Shown here: positions 30,704-40,407 of the stretch, one piece after another | Layout of the letters: each line of letters opens with the position of its first letter | Numbering within the stretch: position 1 is the first letter of the stretch | Assembly: GCA_038231455.1 (NCBI GenBank) | Contig: JBBRLI010000002.1 | Coordinates: forward strand, 128,001 to 192,000 | Length of the DNA stretch: 64,000 nucleotides | Reading direction: 5' to 3' | Origin: Vulcanimicrobiales bacterium | GTDB taxonomy: Bacteria; Vulcanimicrobiota; Vulcanimicrobiia; Vulcanimicrobiales; Vulcanimicrobiaceae | Program-made: the position numbers and the translations under genes | Notes under the pieces: model-generated | Seen by the model: only the letters and a program-made list of their open reading frames with translations | Database searches by the model: none | Told to the model about the DNA's origin: nothing

Positions 30704-30733
30704 GAAGAGCCCCGATGTGTATCGGGGCTCTTC
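30704..30733 (-). terminator. Rho-independent terminator for rpmB (possibly bidirectional)
   Basis: Perfect 13-bp stem GAAGAGCCCCGAT-gtgt-ATCGGGGCTCTTC, followed on the minus strand by TTTGTGTT, between convergent genes. Confidence 0.85.
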
Positions 30734-30756
30734 CGATATCCTGAGGTGGGTTGGTG

Positions 30757-30948
30757 TTAGACGGCCCGCTTGACGCGCTTGGAGCGCAGGCAATTGGTGC
30801 ACACACGGGCGGTCTTATGCGTTCCCCGGTCGTCAATGCGGACGGCCTGGAGGTTCGGAAGCCACCGGCGCTTGGTCTTATTCATCGCGTGGCTGACATT
30901 ATTTCCCGACATCGGGCCTTTGCCGCACACGTCACATCGCTTCGCCAT
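30757..30948 (-). CDS. rpmB: 50S ribosomal protein L28
   Basis: [21 protein letters not shown]...RRWLPNLQ...VCTNCLRS. Confidence 0.98.
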   Translation of the reverse strand: MAKRCDVCGKGPMSGNNVSHAMNKTKRRWLPNLQAVRIDDRGTHKTARVCTNCLRSKRVKRAV

Positions 30949-31088
30949 ATCGGCGGAAGCATATCACGCCCGGCAATCTCATTCAAGCCCTAAGGTCGGT
31001 CCCGTGGCGCGTCGCCTCGAGCCGGTCTCCGTCCGCCCTCGAAGAGGAAGCTCAAGGGGAGGGAAAGCCCGTTTACTTGGGTACTCAA

Positions 31089-32690
31089 ATGGCGCTTATG
31101 CCGGTGACTACCTTAGATGGGCGGGCGTTTTCCAAGTTCGTCGCTGCCGGCACGTACTTCTTAAGAAAATACCGTAGCGTCCTCAACGACCTCAACGTCT
31201 TTCCGGTCCCCGATGGGGATACCGGGTCGAATATGTATCTGACGGTCCGGGCGGCGCTGGCCGCGGCCCATAAGGTCCACGATCAGCCGCTCTCGGTCGT
31301 GGCGCTTGCCGCCGCAAACGGCGCCCTGCTCGGCGCTCGCGGTAATTCAGGCGTGATTCTCTCGCAGATGCTGCGAGGCTTCGCCCACAACGTCCGCCAC
31401 CGCGATACGATCGATACCTTCGAGCTTTCGGTCGCGATGAAAGACGCCGTCGCCGCCGCACGCGCCGCGCTGACAAAACCTGTCGAAGGCACGATCCTTA
31501 CCGTCGCCAATGCTGCCGCGGAAGAAGCCTATCGCCTCTCGATGCGCGAGCCGGATTTCTACCGGCTTACGACCGGGGTGTTGCGCGCGGCGAATGACGC
31601 TCTCGAGCGCACGCCAGAGCAATTGCCCGCTTTAAAAGAAGCGGGTGTCGTGGATTCCGGCGGGGCGGGCTTCTGTTATTTTCTCGAAGGCATCTTGCGC
31701 TTTTTGCCCGATGCGACCGTCCGGACCACGGCCTTCCCGCGGCGGCCGGTTCGCAGTCAGGTCTTTACCCGTCATCAGACGGTCGAAGAACACAAGTTTT
31801 GCACCGAATTCGTCTTAGAAGAAGCGACGATCGAAGCGCATCCGCTGCGCGACATGCTCGCGCCGCTTGGGAATTCGCTCATCGTCGCCGGCGGGAAACC
31901 CACGATTAAGGTGCACCTCCACACCGATCATCCGGACGATGTCTTTCTGCTCGCGCAGAAACACGGAACGCTCACGCGCAAAAAAGTCGAGAACATGGAA
32001 GAGCAGCACAACGTGCTCGTCGTGGATGCATCGACCGCGCCGTTTTCGATCGCCTGTGTCGTGCCGGGTGCGGGGTTCGAGCGAATTGTAACGGAACTCG
32101 GTGCCGATGTGGTCGTTCCGATGATCGCCGGCGCCAACCCGGCCGTGCGTGACCTGCTCGTCGGCATCAACGCGACGCTCTCCGATCGCGTCGTGCTCTT
32201 GCCCAACGACGCCAACGTCGCAATGGCTGCACGCGAGGCGGCCGCCCTCTCGACCAAGACCGTAATCGTCGCGCCGACGCGGGACATCGTCGGCGGTTTG
32301 GCGACCCTCCTTGCAATTTACGGAAGTCCCGCATTGCCCGATGCAGAGGCGCTTGCCGCTGCGGTCGCGGGCGTCCATTCGGCCTCCGTATTTTTCGCCG
32401 GCAAGTCGACGCACGCGGCAGGCGTCGCGGTCGCCAAGGGCGCGCCAACCGCAATGATTGGTGGCAAACTCGTGACCGCCGCATCCCTCTCCGCCGTGCT
32501 GCTCGAAGCAGCAAGCGCGCTCGGCGCGGCCGATGGCGGATTGCTAACATTATATTACGGCGGAAGTCAAAAGGAACGAGACGCGCAGCGTCACGCTGCA
32601 GAACTCGGCGAACAGCTCGCGCACGTAAGTGTCGAGTATTACTTCGGTGGTCAAGACAGCATCGAATACTGGGTGTCCTTTGAGCGATAA
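31089..32690 (+). CDS. fakA: DAK2-domain fatty acid kinase catalytic subunit (YloV/FakA)
   Basis: LNVFPVPDGDTGSNM, GARGNSGVILSQ, KPVEGTILTV, GVVDSGG, FCTEF, KVHLHT. Confidence 0.92.
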   Translation: MALMPVTTLDGRAFSKFVAAGTYFLRKYRSVLNDLNVFPVPDGDTGSNMYLTVRAALAAAHKVHDQPLSVVALAAANGALLGARGNSGVILSQMLRGFAHNVRHRDTIDTFELSVAMKDAVAAARAALTKPVEGTILTVANAAAEEAYRLSMREPDFYRLTTGVLRAANDALERTPEQLPALKEAGVVDSGGAGFCYFLEGILRFLPDATVRTTAFPRRPVRSQVFTRHQTVEEHKFCTEFVLEEATIEAHPLRDMLAPLGNSLIVAGGKPTIKVHLHTDHPDDVFLLAQKHGTLTRKKVENMEEQHNVLVVDASTAPFSIACVVPGAGFERIVTELGADVVVPMIAGANPAVRDLLVGINATLSDRVVLLPNDANVAMAAREAAALSTKTVIVAPTRDIVGGLATLLAIYGSPALPDAEALAAAVAGVHSASVFFAGKSTHAAGVAVAKGAPTAMIGGKLVTAASLSAVLLEAASALGAADGGLLTLYYGGSQKERDAQRHAAELGEQLAHVSVEYYFGGQDSIEYWVSFER

Positions 32691-33690
32691 ACCGCGGATC
32701 GCCGTCGATGCCATGGGCGGCGATCACGCCCCCGCTGAAATCGTCGCCGGCACGATCCTCGCCAACGCCGCGGGGATGGGGCACATGTCGCTCGTCGGCG
32801 ACCGCGACCGGATTGCGCCGCTCTTGCGTGGTCCGGGCTCTGAGAACATCACGATCGTGCACGCGCCCGGCGTCATCGCGATGGATGACGCGCCGTCGGT
32901 TGCCGTGCGCAATGCCGCGGGCACTTCACTTGGCGTCGCCGTCGAACTCGTCCGTGACGGCGCTGCGGATGCCGTCGTGTCCGCCGGCAATAGCGGTGCG
33001 TTTCTTGCGATCTCCTTGATTCGGTTGCGGACGATCCCCGGGATCGCGCGCCCGGCAATCGCCGCCGTACTTCCGACCCGTACCGGGCAGCCATGCGTGT
33101 TGCTCGACGCCGGGGCCAACGTCGATTGCCGTCCGGAGTGGCTCGTGCAGTTTGCGATTATGGGTAGCGCCTATGCAACCGCAGCGCTCGGCATCGCGAA
33201 CCCGCGCGTGGGCCTGGTTTCCAACGGTGAAGAACGCAGCAAAGGGAACGCGCAAACGACGGAAACGGGCGCGCTGCTCGATGTTGCCCCGGTGAACTTT
33301 GTCGGAAACGTCGAGGGCCGCGATCTTTTCGAAGGCAACGTCGACGTGTTCGTCACCGACGGCTTTGTGGGCAACGTCATGCTCAAGCTCGCCGAGGGCG
33401 CGGGGGCCTTTTTTCGTGACACCTTGCGCGAGTCGTTCGAAAATGCGTCGCCGATCGCGAAGCTCGGAGCGGTCCTCTCCAAACCCGTCTTCGGTGCGAT
33501 GCGCTACAAGATGAATTACGAGAATTACGGCGGCGCGCCGCTGCTCGGCGTCCGCGGCAACTGCATCGTCGCGCACGGACGTTCGAGCGGCAGCGCGATC
33601 GCAAGCGCCATTCGCGCGGCGGCGGCAGAAGTGCGCGAAGATGTGATTGGTAAAATCGCTCGCAACGTCGCCCAACCGGTGCAAACATGA
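32680..33690 (+). CDS. plsX: Phosphate acyltransferase PlsX
   Basis: IAVDAMGGDHAP, SAGNSGA, LDAGANVD, GNVEGRD, TDGFVGN, GGAPLLG, AHGRS; TTG start overlaps the fakA end. Confidence 0.96.
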   Translation: MSDKPRIAVDAMGGDHAPAEIVAGTILANAAGMGHMSLVGDRDRIAPLLRGPGSENITIVHAPGVIAMDDAPSVAVRNAAGTSLGVAVELVRDGAADAVVSAGNSGAFLAISLIRLRTIPGIARPAIAAVLPTRTGQPCVLLDAGANVDCRPEWLVQFAIMGSAYATAALGIANPRVGLVSNGEERSKGNAQTTETGALLDVAPVNFVGNVEGRDLFEGNVDVFVTDGFVGNVMLKLAEGAGAFFRDTLRESFENASPIAKLGAVLSKPVFGAMRYKMNYENYGGAPLLGVRGNCIVAHGRSSGSAIASAIRAAAAEVREDVIGKIARNVAQPVQT

Positions 33691-34538
33691 ACGTCGCCAT
33701 CGTAACCGACTCGACCGCCGACATCCTCGAAGCAAGCGCCGCGGCGCTTCATGTCGATGTCGTGCCGCTCTTCGTCAATTTCGGCGACGTTCGTTACCGC
33801 GATACGATCGATCTCTCGCGCGCCGATTTCTACCGCAAACTCCGGACGGAGAAAGTTTTACCGACGACCTCGCAGCCGACGTCCGCAGCCTTTGAGGATG
33901 CCTTCCGTCCGCATGTCGAAGCCGGCCGGCCCGTCGTCTGTATCACGATCGCGGGAACCCTTTCGGGCACGATCAATGCAGCGCAAGCCGCTGCGGCGCA
34001 ATTTCCCGGCGCGGCGATTTCCATCGTCGATAGCGAGACGGTGGCTGCGGGACTCGCACTGCAAGTGACGCGTGCAGCCGAACTTGCCGCAAATGGGAAG
34101 AGCGTCGAAGATATCCTCGCGTCGCTAGCCCACGATCGCCAAACGCAAGGCGGTTACGCAACGATCCCGGATCTCTCGCACGCCGTTCGCACCGGACGCG
34201 TCTCGCGTGCGCAAGCGTTCATCGGGTCGCTCGTCAAAATCGTCCCCGTCCTCAAGTTCGACCACGGCAAAATTTTGGAAGAGGCGCGCGTGCGCACTTT
34301 TGGTCGCGCACAAGATGCAATGATCGAGGCCGCCGTCAAACATTTAGGCGATAAGGCCATCGGCTCGCGCATCGGCGTCGTTCACGCCGATGCCGAACCG
34401 CTCGCCAAGATGATCGCCGCTGCGCTCCGCCGCAGTCTTGCCGCCGAACCCGCTTCGATCGTCGTGTATGAAGTTGGCCCGGTGATCGCCACGCACGCCG
34501 GTCCCGGTGCTGTCGGAGTCTTCGTCGCCGCCGATTGA
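33687..34538 (+). CDS. DegV family fatty-acid binding protein (FakB-like)
   Basis: [30 protein letters not shown]. Confidence 0.93.
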   Translation: MNVAIVTDSTADILEASAAALHVDVVPLFVNFGDVRYRDTIDLSRADFYRKLRTEKVLPTTSQPTSAAFEDAFRPHVEAGRPVVCITIAGTLSGTINAAQAAAAQFPGAAISIVDSETVAAGLALQVTRAAELAANGKSVEDILASLAHDRQTQGGYATIPDLSHAVRTGRVSRAQAFIGSLVKIVPVLKFDHGKILEEARVRTFGRAQDAMIEAAVKHLGDKAIGSRIGVVHADAEPLAKMIAAALRRSLAAEPASIVVYEVGPVIATHAGPGAVGVFVAAD

Positions 34539-35661
34539 AAGAGCGGCGCTGTACGTCCATCTGCCGTTCTGCCCGTATATCTGCCCGTACTGCGATTTCG
34601 CGAAGTGGGCGTTCGCACCCGAGGCGGCTGCCTCGTATCTGCTCGCTCTGGAGGCGGAGATCGAACGTGCCCCGCTTATCGCGGCCACAACGCTTTTCTT
34701 TGGCGGCGGGACGCCCAATACGTACGAACCGCACGAGATCGCCACGATCATCGCGCGTCTGCGCGCGCGCTTCGACTTGCGCGATGATGCGGAAATATCG
34801 GTAGAAATCAATCCGGACCTCGCGCTTTGCGAGCGGCTGGCCGGTTTGCGTGAGGCGGGGGTCAACCGGCTCTCGATCGGCGTGCAGTCCTTCGATGCTC
34901 GCGAACTCAAGACGCTCGGACGCCGACATTCTGCAAACGATGTTGCCGTCGTCCTCGAGCGTGCGCGCGCCGCGGGTTTTGCGAATATTTCGATCGATTT
35001 GATGTTTGGCGTTCCCGGTCAGACCGATCTCACATGGGCTGCTTCGCTCGATCGCGCTTTTGCACTGGGCATCACGCACGTCTCGACCTATGGATTGACG
35101 ATCGAAGAAGGCACGCCGTACGCGCGTTGGTACGAACGCGAACCCGGCGCGTTCTTTGACGACGAGCGCGAAGCGACGCTGTATCAGATCGCGATCGACC
35201 GAGCGGCCGCAGCGGGTTTCGAGCACTACGAGATTAGCAACTTCGCGCAGCCCGGTTACCGCTGCGCGCATAACGCGAACTACTGGCGCAACGGGAGCTA
35301 TCTTGGTCTCGGCGTCGGCGCGGCGTCGTATCGCGCGGGCGTGCGTTCCACGAACACGCGGGACCTTACCGAGTATGTCGCGGCGGCACGTTCCGGCGTG
35401 CCGATCCCCGGCGAATCCGAGGAACTCACGGGCGACGATCGCATCGGCGAGGCGACGATGCTTGCTTTGCGGACGCTGGAGGGGGTCAACGTGCGCGACT
35501 TCAGCGAACGGTATGGCGTGGATTTCCTCAAGCGCTACGCCCGGGTCATCGCGGACCTCGACGAAGCCGGACTCCTCGCCGTGAGCGGCGAGTCCGTCCG
35601 GCTCACGCCGCGCGGCCGATTTCTTGCAAACGACGTTTGTGGCGCGTTCCTCAACACGTAG
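34507..35661 (+). CDS. hemW: Radical SAM heme chaperone HemW (start approximate)
   Basis: [47 protein letters not shown]. Confidence 0.9.
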   Translation: MLSESSSPPIERAALYVHLPFCPYICPYCDFAKWAFAPEAAASYLLALEAEIERAPLIAATTLFFGGGTPNTYEPHEIATIIARLRARFDLRDDAEISVEINPDLALCERLAGLREAGVNRLSIGVQSFDARELKTLGRRHSANDVAVVLERARAAGFANISIDLMFGVPGQTDLTWAASLDRAFALGITHVSTYGLTIEEGTPYARWYEREPGAFFDDEREATLYQIAIDRAAAAGFEHYEISNFAQPGYRCAHNANYWRNGSYLGLGVGAASYRAGVRSTNTRDLTEYVAAARSGVPIPGESEELTGDDRIGEATMLALRTLEGVNVRDFSERYGVDFLKRYARVIADLDEAGLLAVSGESVRLTPRGRFLANDVCGAFLNT

Positions 35662-35680
35662 CGGCGGTTCTGCCACGACC

Positions 35681-36739
35681 GTGCTTCGGCTCATCTTTGC
35701 GGCCGTGTTCGGCACGACCGGATTTTTGCTCGGCCGCGAGGCCTACGCGCACCTGATTTCGATTCACCTCGCAAGTGAAGCGTGGCAAATCGCGGCCAAC
35801 GTCGTCGCGCCGGTCGTCGGCGCGGTCTTGGGCGTGTTCGTTGCCCCCTTCGCGCAGTCGCTCTTCGAGGTCGAACTCGTCTCCGTCGAACGTTCGATCG
35901 ATCGGCTTGCGCCGGGCGAACTCGTCGGCGGCGCGGTCGGTCTGATCGCCGGCCTCATCATCGCGTTCTTGATCAAGAGCGTGCTCTTTGAATTCATCAA
36001 CATCGCCGGTCCAGCCGGCGGTTATATCGCGATCCTGCTCTACATCATCGTGAGCGTGTTCGCGGCGTACCTCGGAGCGCGCGTCGGCGCAAAGCAGCGC
36101 GTGAGCCTGCGCGGTTTTTCATCGACCGTTCCGGCGGCAGCGCCCGGGAGCGTTCCCAAAGTCATCGACACATCGGTCATCATCGACGGGCGGATCCTCG
36201 AGATCGTGTCCACGGGATTTCTTGAAGGCCCGCTCCTCTTGCCGCGCTTCGTGCTGCGCGAACTGCAGCTCATCGCCGATTCCACCGATGCGATGAAACG
36301 TACCCGCGGTCGCCGCGGACTCGACGTGCTCACGAAATTGCAAGCACTGATGCCCCTCGAGATCGTCGAACGCGATTACGACGAGATCTCGGCGGTCGAT
36401 GCGAAGCTCGTCAAGCTCGCCCAAGAACGGGACGGCAAGCTCGTCACGAACGACTTCAACCTCAATCGCGTCGCGCACGTCGAAGGCGTGAGCGTGCTGA
36501 ACATCAACGAACTCGCGAATGCTGTAAAGCCCGTGCTGTTGCCCGGAGAAGAACTCCGTGTGGCGATCATCCGCGAAGGGAAAGAACCCAATCAAGGAGT
36601 TGGATATTTGGACGACGGCACGATGATCGTGGTCGAACACGGTCGCAAACTTATCGGTGAGACGGTCGACGTGGCCGTGACGAGCGCACTGCAGACGATG
36701 GCGGGCCGCATGATTTTTGCGCGTCCGAAGCGACCATGA
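35681..36739 (+). CDS. Membrane PIN/TRAM-domain protein (YacL-like)
   Basis: Four TM helices, [36 protein letters not shown]; conserved position before ispD-ispF. Confidence 0.93.
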   Translation: MLRLIFAAVFGTTGFLLGREAYAHLISIHLASEAWQIAANVVAPVVGAVLGVFVAPFAQSLFEVELVSVERSIDRLAPGELVGGAVGLIAGLIIAFLIKSVLFEFINIAGPAGGYIAILLYIIVSVFAAYLGARVGAKQRVSLRGFSSTVPAAAPGSVPKVIDTSVIIDGRILEIVSTGFLEGPLLLPRFVLRELQLIADSTDAMKRTRGRRGLDVLTKLQALMPLEIVERDYDEISAVDAKLVKLAQERDGKLVTNDFNLNRVAHVEGVSVLNINELANAVKPVLLPGEELRVAIIREGKEPNQGVGYLDDGTMIVVEHGRKLIGETVDVAVTSALQTMAGRMIFARPKRP

Positions 36740-37692
36740 TCTGGGGTGCGGTGATCGTCGCGGCCGGGCGCGGTACGCGCTTCGGCCGGCCAAAACAGCT
36801 CGCCTTACTTGGCGATCGTCCGATGCTCGCCTATTCGATCGAGACGTTCGCGGCGATGCCGGAGATTTGCGAACTCGTGATTGTAACCGAATCCGAGTAC
36901 ATCGAGGACGTGCAGGCGCTCGTCCTTGGGCGGGTCGGCTCGCTGCCGTGTAGCGTCGTTGCCGGCGGCCCCGAGCGGCAGGACAGCGTGCGGCTCGGGC
37001 TCGACGCACTCGGCGAGGGATGCGTTGGCGTGCTCGTGCATGACGGTGCGCGTCCGCTCGTGCGACCTGCCGATATCCGCGCCGGCATGCGGGTCGTGCG
37101 CACCGGTATCGCCTCGCTCCTCGTCACGCCCGTCGTCGATACGATCAAAGTGCTGGGCGAACACAATCACGTCGCGCGTACGCTCGACCGCGCGACGCTC
37201 GTCGCCGCGCAGACGCCGCAGTTTGCGATGACGCGCGACATGCGCCGTGCACACGCCGATGCCTACCGTAACGGCGCCGTTCTTACCGATGATACGGCGC
37301 TGCTCGAACGCGCCGGCTGCGATGTGATCGCCGTCGTCGGTTCGCCTGAGAATTTCAAAGTGACGCATCCGGAGGATGTGTTGCGCGCTGAGGCGATCCT
37401 CGCCGGGCGCAGTCCGACGATCGTCGATGAAGAAGAAGTCTTTGTCGTCGAATCCTACATCCCGGAACGAGCGATCGATGACGTTGCCGAAGAGATCGAA
37501 CGTCGCGAAGGACGCGTCGATGAGATCAATCGCGATCTGCCGGATGCGGCGATGATTCGCGCGTATATCGGCGCGTCCAATTTGCGCGGATTCGGTACGC
37601 AGCTCACCGTGCTCGGCGGCCCAGGTGCCATGTTTACGGCGCACCACGCCCACTACGCGCCGCGAGCGCCGGCTGACCGAACGCATTCGTGA
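36736..37692 (+). CDS. ispD: 2-C-methyl-D-erythritol 4-phosphate cytidylyltransferase with an extra C-terminal EF-G domain V-like domain
   Basis: [41 protein letters not shown], then an extension of about 90 aa. Confidence 0.93.
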   Translation: MIWGAVIVAAGRGTRFGRPKQLALLGDRPMLAYSIETFAAMPEICELVIVTESEYIEDVQALVLGRVGSLPCSVVAGGPERQDSVRLGLDALGEGCVGVLVHDGARPLVRPADIRAGMRVVRTGIASLLVTPVVDTIKVLGEHNHVARTLDRATLVAAQTPQFAMTRDMRRAHADAYRNGAVLTDDTALLERAGCDVIAVVGSPENFKVTHPEDVLRAEAILAGRSPTIVDEEEVFVVESYIPERAIDDVAEEIERREGRVDEINRDLPDAAMIRAYIGASNLRGFGTQLTVLGGPGAMFTAHHAHYAPRAPADRTHS

Positions 37693-38165
37693 GGGTCGGT
37701 CATGGATTCGATGCGCACCGACTCGTCATCGGTCGTCCGTTCATCTTGGGTGGCGTGCACGTGCCCGCCGATGTCGGTCCACTCGGACATAGCGATGCCG
37801 ACGTACTCGCGCACGCGATCTGCGATGCGCTTCTCGGTGCGGCCGCGCTCGGCGATCTCGGCGCGCACTTCCCCGATACCGACGAACGCTGGCGCGGCGC
37901 CGATTCGCTTGCGCTCATGGCCGAGTGCGTAGTCATGCTCCGTCGGGCGGGTTACGGAATTGCGAATGTCGATGCGACGATCGTCGTGCAGACGCCCAAA
38001 CTCGCACCGCATCTTCCGGCTATGCGCGAGCGTCTCGCCGCGACGCTCGCGGTTCCGCTCGGCCACATCAGCGTCAAAGCGAAGACCAGCGAAGGCCTGG
38101 GCTATACCGGCGACGGGAGCGGGATTGCCGCCTACGCCGTGGCGCTGATCGAACCGCTCGTTTAG
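37689..38165 (+). CDS. ispF: 2-C-methyl-D-erythritol 2,4-cyclodiphosphate synthase
   Basis: [35 protein letters not shown]. Confidence 0.97.
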   Translation: MRVGHGFDAHRLVIGRPFILGGVHVPADVGPLGHSDADVLAHAICDALLGAAALGDLGAHFPDTDERWRGADSLALMAECVVMLRRAGYGIANVDATIVVQTPKLAPHLPAMRERLAATLAVPLGHISVKAKTSEGLGYTGDGSGIAAYAVALIEPLV

Positions 38166-38231
38166 CAGGAGCGGTGCGTTGTGGCGCCGTTCCCAGAAAC
38201 GGTGAAGAATCGCGCCGTAGGCTCGGTGCAT

Positions 38232-38912
38232 ATGGAAAGCGAGCCGACCCGTGTTCTCGTCGTCGATGACGAGCGCCCGATCCGAGAACTGCTTGAAATC
38301 GGCCTCGGCCAGGCGGGTTTTGACGTGCGCACGGCCGCCGATGGAACCTTGGGCCTCGCCGCCGTGCGCGAATGGGAGCCCGATGCCATCGTGTTGGATG
38401 TGATGATGCCGCGGATCGACGGCATCACGCTCTTACCCATGCTCCGCAAGATCACCGAAGCGCCCATCTTGATGCTCAGCGCGAAAGGCGACGTCGTTGA
38501 CAAAGTCGAGGGACTGGCCCACGGTGCTGACGACTATCTCGCCAAACCTTTCGAGATTCCCGAGCTGATCGCGCGCATCCAAAGCGCGCTCCGTCGGCCG
38601 ACGCTGGCGAAACGCAGCACGCTCTCGTTCAGCGATCTCACGGTCTCGCTGGACGACCACATCGTCACGCGGGCCGGTAAACGCATCGACCTTTCGGCAC
38701 GCGAATTCGATCTGCTCGCGGCGCTGTTGAAATCGCCAAACCGCGTTTTCAGTCGCGCGCAACTGCTCGATCTCGTGTGGGGAATCGACCGTGACGTAAC
38801 GCTCGGAACCGTCGAAACGTATATCTGTTATCTCCGCGCGAAAGTTGACCGGGGTCAAGCGCCGCTCATTCATACGATACGCGGCGTCGGCTACTCGCTG
38901 CGCGAGGGCTAA
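38232..38912 (+). CDS. OmpR/PhoB family response regulator
   Basis: VLVVDDE, LDVMMP, GADDYLAKPF, IHTIRGVGY. Confidence 0.95.
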   Translation: MESEPTRVLVVDDERPIRELLEIGLGQAGFDVRTAADGTLGLAAVREWEPDAIVLDVMMPRIDGITLLPMLRKITEAPILMLSAKGDVVDKVEGLAHGADDYLAKPFEIPELIARIQSALRRPTLAKRSTLSFSDLTVSLDDHIVTRAGKRIDLSAREFDLLAALLKSPNRVFSRAQLLDLVWGIDRDVTLGTVETYICYLRAKVDRGQAPLIHTIRGVGYSLREG

Positions 38913-40304
38913 TTGTTTCGCGCCCTCGAGCAGCGGGTGACGTTTGCAATTGTCATCTCGGTGCTCGCGCTGTGCGCGATGCTGGGAGCCGTTGTCACGT
39001 GGGCAGCATGCACGATTATCGGCACGGGCTACATTCAAGCGCAGCATAACGCCGCAATGGAACTACCCGCAATCGCCGAGCGTGAAATCGCAAGCGCCGG
39101 CTCGCTCGAACGCGCGCGGCTTGCGATCGAACGGCATTTTGCGGGGACCGACATCGTCGTTCGCTTGCGGCCCGCGCGGCAACGTGGCATCGGAGGCGGC
39201 CCGCAGCCAAGCGATCTTCGTCACGGCGTGATGCCAGTGGGCGGACAAGCGCCGCGTGAATCGTTCGATGCGGCGCCATATCCCGGCGCCGTCCTCGTGA
39301 TGAGTCTCTCCGGTCTCCATCCGATGCGCGTCCCGATTGCAGGCGATCTGGCATTTATCATTCCGGACGTTTCTCGGCTCAACCGCGCTGCACTCGCGTT
39401 TTTCTCCGCGCTCGGCGCGATCGTCGCGGTCATCCTCATCGCTGGGGCGATTGCTGCGCGACTGCTCGCGCGCGCCGCAATTCGACCCCTCATCGATGTC
39501 ACGCTCGGATTACGCCGGCTCGCGCAAGGCGAGTTTACCCGGCATTGGATCGACACGAACGAGCGTAGTCCCCTCGGCGAACTCGCCGACGCCTATAACG
39601 GCGCCGTGGATCAGGTGACGGCGGCGATCGAAGAACGTCTGGAGACCGAATCCGAGATGCGCGCGTTCATTGCCGATGCCGGTCATGAACTGCGCACGCC
39701 GCTCACGGTCCTCACCGGCTACATCGACGTGCTGCAGAAAGGCGCGGCGCAGAACGCGCCGCTTGCCGAGCGCATCTACACCTCGATGCGGACCGAGAGT
39801 CGGCGCATGCGCTCGCTCATCGATAAACTCATTTTGCTCGCGCGGCTGGAGCGGCTCGATACGCACGCTGCTACACGCGTGGAACTCGAGCCCTTCGTCA
39901 AACGCGTGATCGACGCCGTCGCGCCGCACGGCTCGAACGTCGCGTTCCAAGCACACGCACACGACCTCGTCGTTTCGATCGACGATGCCGAATTGCACGC
40001 GGCATTTGCGAACCTGATCGAAAACGCGCTCAAATATGCACCGGGTTCTGCGGTCACCGTTGATTTACGCGCCGTCGGCAGCGAAGCGGAAATCGCGGTC
40101 AAGGACGCGGGTCCGGGCATGAGCGCGGCGGCACTCACGCACGCGTTCGACCGATTCTATCGCGGGGAGAACGTCGCGGCACCCGGATCCGGCCTTGGGC
40201 TATCGATTGCCAAGCGCGCGGTCGAACGCGCGCATGGGACGCTGAGGCTGGAAAGCCCGGCCGGAGACGGCGTGCGAGCGACGATCCGATTGCCTCGCGC
40301 CTGA
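38913..40304 (+). CDS. HAMP-domain sensor histidine kinase
   Basis: Two TM helices, HAMP, ADAGHELRTPLT, NLIENALKY, DAGPG, FDRFYRG, GSGLGL. Confidence 0.95.
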   Translation: MFRALEQRVTFAIVISVLALCAMLGAVVTWAACTIIGTGYIQAQHNAAMELPAIAEREIASAGSLERARLAIERHFAGTDIVVRLRPARQRGIGGGPQPSDLRHGVMPVGGQAPRESFDAAPYPGAVLVMSLSGLHPMRVPIAGDLAFIIPDVSRLNRAALAFFSALGAIVAVILIAGAIAARLLARAAIRPLIDVTLGLRRLAQGEFTRHWIDTNERSPLGELADAYNGAVDQVTAAIEERLETESEMRAFIADAGHELRTPLTVLTGYIDVLQKGAAQNAPLAERIYTSMRTESRRMRSLIDKLILLARLERLDTHAATRVELEPFVKRVIDAVAPHGSNVAFQAHAHDLVVSIDDAELHAAFANLIENALKYAPGSAVTVDLRAVGSEAEIAVKDAGPGMSAAALTHAFDRFYRGENVAAPGSGLGLSIAKRAVERAHGTLRLESPAGDGVRATIRLPRA

Positions 40305-40407
40305 GCCTGCTCGTTGCCGCTCGGTATGCCCGGCTGCGGCGGCGACCGAGCGTGAAAGAGGCAAGCGAACGAGTAGGAATGGCGCCGTCCGGGAATAGTC
40401 GGAAACG

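Noticed and set aside
34336-35715. 459-aa minus-strand ORF
   Set aside because: Antisense shadow of hemW with no motifs; common in high-GC coding DNA.
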